Origin: Octopus sinensis
Lineage: Eukaryota
Length of the DNA: 64,000 nucleotides
Reading direction: 5' to 3'
Assembly: GCF_006345805.1 (NCBI RefSeq)
Contig: NC_043011.1
Location: 59,284,464-59,348,463, forward strand
Shown here piece after piece: positions 51,799 through 64,000 of this stretch; the first letter of the stretch is position 1, and every line of letters begins with the position of its first letter. The notes under the pieces are model-generated. The model worked only from the letters and a program-made list of their open reading frames with translations. It was not told where the DNA came from and searched no databases. A program made the position numbers and the translations under genes.

Positions 51799-52010
51799 TG
51801 TTCTGCACAACCGCTTGACAACTACTGTTGGCATGTTTACGTCCATGTAAGTTAGGGGTTCAGCAAAAGAGAGTGATAGAATAAGTATCAGGTTTAACAG
51901 ACACACACACACACAATCCCAAGTACTGGGATTCGATCTACTAAAAATTGTTCCACGGCGGTGCCCCAGCAAGGCCGCAATCTAATGATTAAAACAAGTA
52001 AATGTAAAAG
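51598..52010 (+). mobile_element. SINE family B with expanded internal (TA)n
   Basis: GGTGCAGGTGTGGATGTGTGGTAAGTAGCTTGC head; tail GGCGGTGCCCCAGCAAGGCCGC..AAACAAGTAAA. Confidence 0.75.
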
Positions 52011-53138
52011 ATAGATATATATATATAAGAGATATATGATACATTATGTTGGTAGGTATTTGTGTATTTGGGTATATACAAGTTCATACGATTTTCGGTA
52101 TGTATCCATATGTTTCTATGTATGTGTGTACGACTGTGTGTTTTGCTTCTATTATTACGTGTTCGATCCTGAGATATTTATCAGACGGAATCTACTTAGA
52201 TTCGAACTCAAGTGAATTATATCAGGAGCTTAAAGCTGCATAAGCGTCAGTCTCTGTACCACGCTGACACTTTCATTCGTAGAGTTCATGTGTCTGTGAG
52301 AGGCTCAGACTCTTCAGACGTCAGATGAAATAGTCGGCCATTCAGTTGATCCCATGAATTCGATAATCCTTGTCGAAAACGAGGGAAGCCCCGTTGTTCC
52401 GGGTTTAGTCCCAAGGCAGGGCACCTTGGCCATGTATCTTCTACCATAACCACAAGCCGACCATTTCCTTGTAAGGGAATTCAGTAGACGAAACTCTGTG
52501 GAAGACCACCGTATATATGTGTGTCTGTGTGTCTTTGTGGCAGCGTTTGTTCCCTCCCCAGCCCGCTTAAAGACTGACGTTCGTTTGGTTATTTCCCTGT
52601 AACATATAGTTTGGCAAAAGCCCAATGGAATATGTACCAGACTTGAAATGAAGTCGTGGTGTTAATTTCTTTGTCTAAAATTCTTCTGGGCCTTGCTCCA
52701 ACATGACCGCATTCCATTGACTGAAACAAGCAAAAGATAAAAAATATAAGATATAATGTGTGTGCGCGCGCGCTTCTCTACGCACGTGTGTATGTATGCA
52801 TGCATGCGTGCATGTATATACGAATGTATGCCTGGATGTTATACCCGTAGTCCATTCTTTAAAGATGTTGAACTCTTATTGAGAACATATATTTCGTATT
52901 TTGTAGCGGAAACGAAAAGGAAATGCCAAACTAGCCTTTATGCTATTTCGAACTCTGGAACACATCATTACAAGCTAGTGAACTGAAATCCTGGTGAGGG
53001 GGGGGGGGTAATACTCAGCCTGATACTGTTGTAGTTTAGTCCAAGGAACACCCTTAGAAACCATATGAGTGGTCAAAATGCTTCCAAACTTATCAATCCA
53101 GTCTTTTATTTCGACAATATAGATCTTGTTATGAAGTC

Positions 53139-53548
53139 GTCGAGCTAGCAGAAACGTTACCACGGCGGGCGAAATGCTTAGCGGTATTTCGTCCGTCTTT
53201 ACGTTCTGAGTTCAAATTCCGCCGAGATCTACTGTGCCTTTCATCCTTTCGGGGTCGATAAATTAAGTACCAGTTACGCACTGGGGTCGATGTAATCGAC
53301 TTAATACCTATGTCTGTCCTTGTTTGTCCCCTCTATGTTTAGACCCTTGTGGGTAATAAAGAAATAGAAATAGGTATTTCGTCCGTCTTTACGTTCTGAG
53401 TTCAAATTCCGCCGAGATCTACTGTGCCTTTCATCCTTTCGGGGTCTATAAACTAAGTACCAGTTGCATACTGGGGTCGATGTAATCGACTTAATCCCTT
53501 TGTCTTAATCCCTAGCTCCTTCCCCAAAAGTTTCTCGCCTTGTGCCTA
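53139..53548 (+). mobile_element. SINE family A, two tandem units sharing private mutations
   Basis: GCCGAGATCTACTGTGCC at 53221 and 53411 versus consensus GCCGAGGTCGACTTTGCC. Confidence 0.9.
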
Positions 53549-53594
53549 GGGTAGAAAAGATTATAGATGTTGTTTTACGTACTTTTTAAAAGAT

Positions 53595-53985
53595 CTCATC
53601 AGGTGTGGCTATCTGGGACGAAATTTGCTTCCAAACCACATCGTTTCGGGTTGAGTTGCACTGCGAGATATCAAGGGGCGAGTGCCTTCTGCTATAGCGA
53701 AGGGCCGACTAAAACCTTGTGAGTGAAATTCATAGACGGAAACAGAAAGAAATCCGTCGAATGTGTGTGTGTATGTGTTTGTCCCCACCACCATTTAACA
53801 ACCGGTGCTATTGAGTTTATATCCCCATAACTTAGCGGTTCGGCAAAAGAAAACAATACGATAATACCAGGTATCAGACTTACAAATATAAGCCCTGGGG
53901 CGGATTCACTCAACGAAATATTCCTGAGGTGTTGCCACAGCATGGCCGCACTCTATTGACTTGAACAAGGGAAAAGATGAAAGAT
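53595..53985 (+). mobile_element. SINE family B (diverged)
   Basis: Head, body and tail motifs. Confidence 0.75.
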
Positions 53986-54324
53986 GCCCTGTTTGATATA
54001 TTTCTAAGGGGATCTGGCAACTATTTCAAACAAATCGAACAACGATTTTGAAGCAGACAAGATTATTTCCAGAAGTAAGTAAGCCACCACCTCATAGTAC
54101 CTATACAATGCATGATTACTTGAGCAGTGGGAACTGAAATTAATCTGATAAGTTTCAAAGTGTGTCCGTGATCACGAAACCATCTTGTCTATCGTGGGCC
54201 GACAAAGCACCAAATAGATAAAGTCAGAAAGCGAATAACTGAAAGCCAATAACCGAAGAGTAGTTCCATGGGTATATTTAGACACACAAATGGATGTGAA
54301 TGTGTGCGTGTATGTTTGCTCGTG

Positions 54325-54720
54325 TATATATGGCAGTGTGGTAAGAAGTTTGCTTCGCAACCCCATCGTTCCCGGTTCGGTCCCACAGCCTGTCACCTTG
54401 AGCAAGTGTCGTCTAATATAGCCTGAAGCCGATCAAAGCTTTGTGAGCTGATTTGGTAGACGGAAACGGAAAGAAGCCCGTCGTATATATATATATTTGT
54501 GTGTGAGTCTTCGTGTCTGTGTTTGTCCTGGCACCGCGCATCGCTTGACAAACGATGGTGGTGCGTTTAGGTCCCTGTAACCTAGCAGTTCGGCAGAACA
54601 GACCGATAGAATAAGTACTAGGCTTACAAAGAATAAGTTCTAGGGTCGAATTTTTTAAACTAAAATTTGATGCTCCAGCATGACCAGTCAAAACGACTGA
54701 AACAAGTAAAAGAATAAAAT
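54325..54720 (+). mobile_element. SINE family B
   Basis: Head GGCAGTGTGGTAAGAAGTTTGCTTC, body GATTTGGTAGACGGAAACGGAAAGAAGCCCGTCG, tail GACTGAAACAAGTAAAAGAATAAAA. Confidence 0.85.
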
Positions 54721-55426
54721 AATGTGTGTGTCAGTTTGTGCATGTGTGTGTGTATGTATGAATACAATGCAAAGATTAAACCAGTCAAAAGACGTGCATG
54801 AGTGTATATGTGTATGCATATGTGTATGCATATGTGTATGTGGGCCTGTATACATGTATGTGCGTATGACCATATGTATTGGTTGTACGTAGCCATAATC
54901 CTGCACCGATACCTATATGTATGCATGTATGTGTGTATGCATGTATGAATGAACAAATGTTCTGTGTACGTATATATGAGAGCATGTGTACATATGTGTG
55001 CGTATATATACTTATACATGTTTACACACATCAATACATGCATGTATATTTGCTGTGTACGCATACACTCCGGACGGCCTAATGCCCCTCTTTCGAATCA
55101 CGATGATCCGGGTCTCACCACGCGGCCTCTAGTTACTTACACATCAGAATGGGACATTTTATGGGTTCACATATCCTTGGATAAAACAGCCCCTTCCTTT
55201 CTAATTAAATGAGCTACAGCTTCTAATGAGCGGGCAAAGGATTACTTATCGTCGAAGACACCAGAAACTAATCTGCGTTCTTATATATGCGAATGTATGT
55301 ATGTATGTATAAATGTATGTATATGTGTGTGTTTGTGTGTTTGTGTGTATGCATGTACATGCTGATGTATAATGCTAACAATCAAAACCACTTTGACGGT
55401 AAAGTCTAAACGAAATCATTCACTAC

Positions 55427-55463
<37 letters not shown>

Positions 55464-55711
55464 CATGCACATTAAAATCAACTTTTGAAATTGAGACTGT
55501 GAAGGTCTAGAAACGTCAGAAATGGATTTTGCAAATCTAATCTTCTAAATATAAAGAAAAATCTAATAAGATAATGTAAAAAGTCTAAACTTATAGCGAT
55601 AAAACTTGGAAGACGTCGTATATTCAAGAAAACATACGAATATACATACTTACACTTATATACACACATATTATACATATAGACACATACACAAGCACAG
55701 GTAGAGTGATG

Positions 55712-55805
<94 letters not shown>

Positions 55806-56305
55806 TAGATACTGATTGACGGATTGACTGATTGATTGACTTCGGTCTTGTATTTGTTCTGCGAGCTCCTTCATGGTATTTCGTGTTGTGATGTTGTCAT
55901 TCGGAGTGAAGGTTCTTTTGCCATAAAGGACTCTTAAAATCCAGTTGATTACCTGCTTGATCAAACAGCCGAGACAAGCAAAGGAATAGTTAGCTGGTTA
56001 ATTACTTCATTAGTTAACTGTTTAATTGATAATAAAGCGAAGTGAAAGACAGCGATTGTTCTTCGTGGAAAAATTACTCTTCCCTCACACAATGCATATA
56101 TGTGTGTTTATGTGTGCGTATACATTGTGTACGGTGTATATGAATACACGGATGCTAGGATGTATGGTACCAACAAACTAAATATATTGGCATATAAATA
56201 TGCGTAATTGTAGGGATGCATGTCTATATACATGCACACATATATAGGGGGAGGATTCACAAAATATATACATACATGCACATATATATGCATATATATA
56301 TACAG

Positions 56306-56379
<74 letters not shown>

Positions 56380-56385
<6 letters not shown>

Positions 56386-56600
56386 GGAATTTACAAAAAG
56401 ATGTAACAAAACAAAAGACGAAGACGGGTGTGTGTAAACAACAAGCAAATGTATTAGTTTAACGCTCGGGAATTGAGAAATTCTTTTAGGTTTCGAGCCT
56501 ACGCTCTTCAACAGAAAGGAACACAGAAAGAAACAGAGCGAGAAAATAAAATTAAAAGAGAGAGAAATGAAAAAATAGAAAGAGAAAATTTTTAAAAATC
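56380..56600 (-). mobile_element. Penelope-like pLTR-type fragment with degenerate variant hammerhead (56483-56518)
   Basis: Minus strand CTTT-CTGTTGA-A-GAGC GTAG GCTC-GAA-ACCT-A|AAAG; homologous to 9955-10120; abuts (TA)n. Confidence 0.55.
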
Positions 56601-57236
56601 TTTTAGTGGTTAGCGTTTATTGATACAGGAAAATGGAGTGAACAGGCTGTAATCAAAATCACTACAATTGTTTTTATGCGTTAACATCAGCTCTTATTTG
56701 CTGAGTATTTCACGTATTATTGCATTAATTGGTCAGTTTATTTATCTTACATTTGACATTTGACATTTTTATTTCCATTCATTTATTTTTGGTACTTAAC
56801 ATAATTTCTATCCCGTTGTATTTCCATATTGCTTTTAGTCAACGGAATACTAAAAATTGAAAACGGTTATAAAACAATGGGTAAGTATAAGAGATCCAGT
56901 TGTGCTCTCAAACCCACTCACCTGAAGACGTGCATGTACTCAGCTATTATGGAATCATATTAATATGATGATGTGTTTAATATATGAAACACTCGGCAAT
57001 TACCAGCTGATTTTAATGCATAGAAACAATTGTAGTGCCTGAGATTAAAGTCTCTTCCTTACATCTTGTATTACAATTTCTTTGTATATATTCTGTGGAT
57101 ATTAACGGATTTCCACAAGTATATCCAGTGAACGGGGCAATCCTGTTGTATGATAGCATATGGTAGACGAAACCTATGGTGGAGCTTTGTAAAGTAATCT
57201 TTAGGGTGCTAACACAGACGATATTAAATACACACA

Positions 57237-57471
57237 AAGGCGGCGAGCTGGCAGAACCGTTAGCACGCCGGGCGAAATGCGTAGCCGTATTTTGTCTGCC
57301 GTTACGTTCTGAGTTCAAATTCTGCCGAGGTCGACTTTGCCTTTCATCCTTTCGGGGTCGATAAATTAAGTACCAGTTACGAACTGGGTCGATGAAATCG
57401 ACTTAATCCGTTTGTCCTTCTTTGTCCCCTCTATGTTTAGCCCCTTGTGGGTAATAAAGAAAAAAGAAACA
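57237..57471 (+). mobile_element. SINE family A, single unit with 17-bp TSD
   Basis: GATATTAAATACACACA at 57220-57236 and 57472-57488. Confidence 0.9.
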
Positions 57472-58039
57472 GATATTAAATACACACACACACATATATA
57501 TATGAATATTTACGCCTGTAAAGTAATTATTTTTTCAAGTTAAAATCATGATTGTGTGGATAATAACCTAAATTTGCTACTACGCGTTCTCGGTTTCAAT
57601 TCAACTTCATGAGAACTTATCCCTTTAATAATCAATGCTTTCGACGTGAATTTTGTGGACGGAAAATATGTGGAAGCTCATTGCATATACATATCTATGT
57701 CTATGTACGTGTGTGCCGCTACGTTTCAGACAACATGGATTTGACGGAGAGAGTGAGCAAATGTGCTGCTTGAACATTTGATCACTATAAACAAATTGTA
57801 TCTATATTTTTAAAGGCGGTGCTCCAGCATGGCCGCAGTCAAATGACTGAAACAAATAAAAGAATAAAACAATATCGGTTAATCCAAATAATGATTGGCG
57901 CATGCTTTGATCCGCAGGTACATACCCAATGAGCGACACATATGGCATAGCTTCGTTTCCCAAGGAGTATATTTAGAAAACTCTTTAGGCTATGCATGAA
58001 CATCTCAACCGCCCGTTTCACAGCCAGATAATCATCACA

Positions 58040-58380
58040 TCTTCTGTCTTATTCTTGCTTTGACTCCGCGAGCAAAGATTTACAGACGGGAACGTTCACG
58101 TCAGTCACAGACTTGATAATACCTGATGAGTCAGATTCGAGACAAACACGCACGACCGCAGAAACTACATGGGAAGTTAGATTGGTCAGGTTACGACGTA
58201 GTCTCCTTATCTTTCTTCCTTTTTTCTGTTGTCTGCAATAATCCCGAATAATCCTGCAGGTGTCTCCAAAGGAGGTCGTTGCCTGGAGGACATTGAAATG
58301 CTAGGCTTCACGGTCAACGGCAAGAAAAGGCCACTAGTGGAAATTAATATCACCAATGTAACCACATGCTTACATCGGTG
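58040..58380 (-). mobile_element. 3' end of an RTE (BovB-like) LINE
   Basis: Minus strand ..RRLRRNLTQSNFPCSFCGRACLSRI*LIRYYQVCD (C2H2-like RTE terminus) followed by an RTE-like tail ..AATCTTTGCTCGCGGAGTCAAAGC. Confidence 0.7.
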
Positions 58381-58383
58381 GTT

Positions 58384-58446
58384 TTTGTGGTCTTTGTGGT
58401 CTTTGTGGTCTTTGTGGTCTTTGTGGTCTTTGTGGTCTTTGTGGTC
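58384..58446. repeat. (TTTGTGGTC)7 minisatellite grading into (GTC)n
   Basis: Seven perfect 9-mers. Confidence 0.95.
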
Positions 58447-58499
58447 GTCGTCGTCGTCGTCGTCACCATGGTATCGAAGGGGTGACCTTCGTTATTGAC

Positions 58500-58800
58500 G
58501 TAGTGGTGGTAATCGTGATGCTGATGTTGATGTTGTTATTGTGAAAGGTAGGAGAGTCCAGTTTGCTGGACATTGTTGTAGAGCTGAAAAAGAAGTAATT
58601 TCTACTCTTCTCCTCTGGAAGCCATCTGCTCGCAACACCAGAGGGTGCACACTCTCCTACCCTGATGTAATCTCCAGGGATACAGGCATCCAACAACAGG
58701 ACCTCCGTAATGCCAGGATGGGCCGTGAAGTCTGGCGTAGCATGGTAAATTCCATTGTCTCGACCACGGTCGAACAATAATGACGATGATGTTATTGTTG
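58500..58800 (+). mobile_element. 3' end of an RTE-X-like LINE
   Basis: RRVQFAGHCCRAEKEVISTLLLWKP..RG.TLSYPDVISRDTG..DLRNARMGREVWR..* followed by a (GAT/GTT)n tail. Confidence 0.75.
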
Positions 58801-60474
58801 TTGTTGCTGTTGTTATTGTTGTTGTTGTTGCTGCTGTTAAGCAACAAGACGGAAAAAAAAACTTTGGTCGTCTTGTTGTAGTCGAAGGCTCTTCGCTGAC
58901 GCCCGACACCACTGGGAGGTGGACCGCGAAGTCACTGGAAATGGAGATCTCCAGGTCCAAATTCTTGAACGGCTGATGTTCCTGATGCTGTTGTTGATGT
59001 TGTTAGTGGTGGTGTGTAGCGTCGTTCAGACGGTTTCCGGAAAGCTACGATCAAAGAATTATGAGAAAATTATTCAGCCATTTCGTAATGTGCCCTTTTT
59101 TGGTAAAGAAGCCGAAGTGCAAATTGTGGAAGATTAGCTTCTATTTCTTACAGGCGGAAAAGCAACGAATATGATCTTTCATTCCATTGGTTGTTATTTA
59201 TATCTTTGAGCTCAAAGTTAACCCTAACTGAGCACGCATATCGTTCAACGACATTCCATCTGCGACCATACAGACTTATTAGGAGCATCCAGGACTACAC
59301 ACTACGTAATGCGTCATTTTGTTTAAGACAAAAAAAATTCGGCCACTGTTTCTAGCAGGGAAACCAGGTCTGATGGTGGCGATGGTGGTGGATGTCTTAA
59401 TGAAAGTGATGGCGATGGAGGTGGTGGTGGTTTTGCAAATATATTAGCTGAAAAGGCTGAAAATGATTCCACAGGGCAATGATCAAAACCGATCCACTTT
59501 TGACTATCGCGTTTATTATAGTTCTAATGAATCGAGAACATAGTGTATCTAGGCCCATGTTATCCAATGTATCCTTTTTGCTTTTAATACTGTATGGCTT
59601 GATTTCAAGGAGACATTACTGACGTTTCTAGATGGCGTTGCTACATTCTTAGCTCTTTGTTGTTGCTTTATAGCAGACTTATAGAAGTAGATTAAATATT
59701 TTCCAATAATTGCCTTATCTGCACGTTCTACGTTCAAATCTCAACGAAGACAAAATTTAATTTTCATCACTCTATAATTTTTTAAAATAATGCACAGCAG
59801 ATCGATATAATCAACTTTCTTTTTCTTTAAATCTCTGTTCTCGTGTCGCTATTAGAAATTCTATTAGAAGTATGAAGATTGTTACGCATAAAATATTTCA
59901 CTGAATGTTTGCAATATCGATTTAGTGTTTCAAATCCACACAGTGCTCGAAATTAACCTCTACAATATCGTGTCAAATTACTATGTCACTCAACGAAAGT
60001 AATGTTAGTAGAATAAGCGCGCACACACACACATATACATTCAAACACACCCACACACCCACGCACACACACATATATATATATTTTTTACTTGTTTCAG
60101 CCATTAGACTGCGGCCATGGTGGGGCACCACCTTGACATATATATATATTTACGCATGAGGTGGAAAGGGATTAAGAGGGTTTGCAGACTCAGTTTCTTT
60201 GCGGGTCCCACGATATGCAGGGCATCACTGGAGCAAGTAAAGAGAATACCAAGTCCGGTTTGGAGGTAACAGAATTTGCCTTGCGATGGATGTAGATCAG
60301 CAGTCATCCCTGGATGGCCTAATGCCAGCAGGACACAAGCTGGAGCTGGATTAACCTAAGGAAGATCACCTGTCTGAGGAGGTTTGTTTGTTGAAAGACA
60401 CGCAATATCTAATTACACCAAGGAATGACATTGCTGACTTGTGCCCAGGGGCTATCATGTGATTTTGTATGGAC

Positions 60475-60501
<27 letters not shown>

Positions 60502-60505
<4 letters not shown>

Positions 60506-60711
60506 GTCCCGGGTTGATTCGGGGTTAACCACAGTAAATAAGGTACTCAATACATAGCAGAGTAAAATTAATTTATTATATAGAAGGAGCTTCTACAGGA
60601 CTAGAACTGTTTCATTCAAGAGAAATCTTCAGGAAGCTCCTGAAGAGCTTCCTGAAGATTTCTCTTGAATGAAACAGTTCTAGTCCTGTAGAAGCTCCTT
60701 CTATATAATAA
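60502..60711. mobile_element. Penelope-like pLTR-type element in inverted (fold-back) configuration, flanked by (TA)n
   Basis: Perfect 67-bp arms 60573-60639/60645-60711, loop CTGAA, ~70-bp one-sided extension; unrelated in sequence to 4482-4717 but same architecture. Confidence 0.65.
60645..60697 (+). ncRNA. Type-I hammerhead ribozyme motif (mirror copy on minus strand in left arm)
   Basis: GAGCTTC-CTGAAGA-T TTC TCTT GAA T-GAA-ACAG TTCTAGTC CTGT-A|GAAGCTC: 7-bp stem I, CUGAAGA core, 3-bp stem II, 4-bp stem III, GUA triplet (cut after 60690). Confidence 0.75.
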
Positions 60712-60766
60712 TATATATATATATTATATATATATATATACATACATACATACATACATACATACA

Positions 60767-60799
<33 letters not shown>

Positions 60800-60897
60800 C
60801 TCTGTGCATATATACATATCTACATGCATACGTACATACACACATACATATATGCATACATACATACTCGCATACATACATACTCGCATACATACAT

Positions 60898-60954
<57 letters not shown>

Positions 60955-61019
60955 CATACATAACAATAATTTATTTCAATACAGCCGGTTAACATTTTCC
61001 TTGTCGCTGGTGAATTTAG

Positions 61020-61990
61020 CAGAATCATAGGCGGCGTGACTTGTTGTATTCAGTTACAGACCATTACGCTCTTAGTTCAAGCACGATCAAGGTCAGATAT
61101 GCGTTTCGTCTTTCCCGAATCGACTGAATAGTTTTATGTGGTTTTTAACTGGCATTTAGCCATTAAATTGATTTCCTTATAAACCTCATAGTGCGGTGAG
61201 CTGGCAGAATGGTTAGCACGCCTGACAAACTGTTAGCAACATTTAGCTTGTCTTTGCATTCTGAGTTCAAATTTCACCGAGGTGCACTTTCCTCTTCATT
61301 CTTTCAACGTGTCTATACAGTAAGCGCCAGTTGAACACTGGGGTTCAATGTCATCAACTAGCCCTTCTCCCCCAGAAAATCTCAAGCCCTGTGTCAATAG
61401 CAGAAAGGATTATATTTCCTAGCTTAAGGGGTCACGCAGATAGTTGCGTTAGTTCGTCGCGTAAACTGCTTTGTGCTATTTCGTCCGCCGCTACGTTCTG
61501 AGTTCAAATTCCACTGAGCCCGACTTTGCCTTTCATCCTTTCGGGGTCGATAAACTAAGTACCATTTATGCACTGGGGTCGATGTCATCGACTTAAACCG
61601 TTCGTCTGTCCTTGTTTGTCCCCTCTCTGCTTAGCCCCTTGTGGGTAGTAAAGAAATAGGTATTTCGTCTGCCGCTACGTTCTGAGTTCAAATTCCGCCG
61701 AGGTCGACTTTGCATTTCATCCTTTCGGGGTCGATAAATTAAGTACTAGTTACGCACTGGGGTCGATATAATCGACTTTATCCGTTTGTCTGCCTTTATT
61801 TGTCATCTCTGTGTTTAGCCCCTTGTGGGTAGTAAAGAAATAGGTATTTCTCCCGGCTTTTGCGTTCTGTGTTCAAATTATGCCTACTTCAGTTTTGCCG
61901 TTCTTACTATATTGGTCTGTAAAATAAGTACAAGCTGAACACTTGACCTTCCCTTAAACCCCGTACCTCGTGCCACAATTTGAAACCATT
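61020..61990 (+). mobile_element. Cluster/array of SINE family A (degenerate copies plus a three-unit array at 61470-61990)
   Basis: Unit starts at 61480, 61664, 61848 (period 184). Confidence 0.85.
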
Positions 61991-62439
61991 TTTAGGACGA
62001 CGAGTTGGTTGAATCGATTGAGCGTCGCACAAAATGCCTCACCTCGGAATTGATGACCTCGAGCTAGAATTTGGAACCCTTTATTATTTATTCTTTTAAG
62101 GCAACCAACTGACAGACCCGACTGATCGTCGAAGAAATTATCTTTCGCTATTTCTTATGTCACTGATCAGCTTTTACGTTCGATTCCCGCCATAACCAAC
62201 TTCAACATTCATGTTCTCGGATTCGATAAATTAAAATACCAATCAAATATGCTCGATGATATTGATTTATCCCAGGCCCTTAAGATTACTTTCCTAGTCC
62301 CTAAATTTAGAAGCCATCATTAATATATCTTATTGTTTTGTTTATCCCATTCTTTTACCTTCAATTACTTCCTCACCGTTTCTTGTTTTCTTTTGCACTT
62401 TGCAATCTTCAACGGCCTCAACATCTTTCTTCCTTCGAG

Positions 62440-62830
62440 TTGGCAGAATCATTAACGTTTCAGGCAAACCGGTTAGCAGACCTTTTTTTTTCTGAAGTTT
62501 TATGTACTGAGTACGAATTCCGCTGAGGTCGACTCCATCTTTTATTTTGTCCATGACCGATAAAATAAGTACCAGTGCAACACTAGGGTCGACTACCCAG
62601 CTTCCACCAAAACTCAAGTGTTATTCTTCTTCTTACAATTTGTTTGCGAGCTGGTAGGATCGTTAGCACGCATTTCGTCCATCTTTACGTTCTCACTTCA
62701 AATTCCGCCGAGGTTGGCTTTCTGTTCCATCCTTTCGGGGTCGAGTTGAGTCCTGGGGTCGACGTAATGCACTTCTCCTCTTCCTCGGAGTTGCTGGCCT
62801 TGTGCCAAAATTTGAAACCATTATTGTTGG
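62440..62830 (+). mobile_element. Two degenerate SINE family A copies followed by a (TAG/GTT)n tract
   Basis: Head/B-box/core motifs at 62440-62620 and 62645-62825. Confidence 0.75.
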
Positions 62831-62869
62831 TAATTTTAGTAGTACGACTACTACTACTACTACTAGTAT

Positions 62870-62901
<32 letters not shown>

Positions 62902-64000
62902 ATAGTAGTAGTAGTAGTTGTTGTTTTTTTTTGTTGTTACTGTTGTTGTTGCTGCTGCTGTTGCTGCAACTGTATCGTTCTCGATAATTTTGTCTGCTCT
63001 GATTGTTATTGTTCTCACTGTTGAACGCGATCAGATATCAGTAACAAAGTCTGCTGTAAGGAATGGAATAATGTTTCGTTCTCTTGGTTGCTGCTGTTGT
63101 TGTTTTGTCTATGTTTTCTTTTATTTTATTTTTATTTCTTACAAAATTCTTTCTTATTTCTATTATGAGGCTTTGAAAGTTTTTAAATGTCCACCTTGTT
63201 TACCTTGAGGCGGAAAACAAACTATTGCGTTTCGACATTTTTGAATTCGGTATTCTGCAAACTTTTGGCTTCCTCATAACGGTAAGAGGTGCAAAGCACA
63301 AAGAGAGTTGCAGCATAAATGCACCTAGGTAAAACGAAAATAAAAACCAACTTCTGGAGAAAATATTGAAGCAAGTTTAATAAAAGTTTAGTGAAATACT
63401 AACATGGCTACTATCAAATCAGTAGAGTGTCTAGCGCAGCTTCTTTTGAGGAGTGGACATCATGAGCGTATACATCGTCAGTGAGGCCGCATGAGACATG
63501 CCTCATCATCAGGTGAGCCGCAATACTAAAAACATTCGGACTAATTTTTCCACTGGCCTGCCATTGAGAAAGTTCCACGGGTCGTCCTGTGCTCATAACT
63601 GGTTCAGGATAAGCAAATTTGGTTTAGGTATTTGGTGAAAGCAGCAAAACGGCTCATAGAAAGATGAACCTACGATAATATTTTTCCATAATACACACAC
63701 TCAAAACGTACACCACCCACGTGACTCATTAAGAACTTAATAAATTAATGGCTGTGCGCTTAAAGAGTAAACGTAACGTTCTGCCGTACGAATATGTCAG
63801 TTTCGGTTCTCGTTAACTTCGATTTGCTTTCATAACGACACCAACACACACATTGCTAATATACATAAAAATTACTGCCTCACTAAAACTGGCTTTTATG
63901 TATTTGTTGCCTTGATTTATGTGTATACAGTTACGTACTTTTGCTTGAGTGTGCGTGAGTGCATGGATGTATGGCTGTGCGTATGCACGCATATATATGT

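Noticed and set aside
52270-52320. Minus-strand CTGAAGA followed by a 5-bp hairpin
   Set aside because: GAAA does not follow the hairpin and there is no stem I/III
54009-54074. 66-nt plus-strand exon-like segment with a GAA|GTAAGT donor
   Set aside because: Weak AAG acceptor, no recognisable peptide and no linkable neighbours
58122-58150. CTGATGA-GTC..GAC-AAAC hammerhead-like string
   Set aside because: Lacks G12 and stems I/III; it is the antisense of the RTE ORF terminus

Overview
Repeat-dense, AT-rich eukaryotic intronic/intergenic DNA, almost certainly from an octopus (coleoid cephalopod). This is inferred from the tRNA-derived SINE families (OR-type tRNA-Arg heads, a tRNA-Lys 5' half, a Nin/Deu-domain-like SINE) and the extreme (TA)n/(TG)n/(GATA)n/(AAT)n load. 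No host protein-coding gene can be called with confidence. Nearly all ORFs in the supplied track are microsatellite translations or SINE read-throughs. Recognisable coding remnants are all transposon-derived: an internally deleted piggyBac with TTAA TSDs (8397-9550), a CR1/L2-group LINE RT (~12100-13480), two mariner remnants (17324-18551; 35808-36430), R4/Dong-like LINE pieces (~26800-27790, ~29880-30310), a HERO/NeSL-like 3' end and two RTE 3' ends. The most notable signal is a set of short Penelope-like (pLTR-type) elements from at least four families, each abutting a (TA)n tract and carrying minimal type-I hammerhead-ribozyme motifs. Two of these are perfect fold-back hairpins (81-bp arms at 4553-4717; 67-bp arms at 60573-60711) with a hammerhead on each strand. 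Other leads are a pre-miRNA-sized unique hairpin (40223-40318), head-[unit]n tandem SINE arrays with two alternative tails, an internally inverted mariner, a decayed ~150-codon ORF, a C/D-box-like arrangement and several weak exon/promoter candidates.
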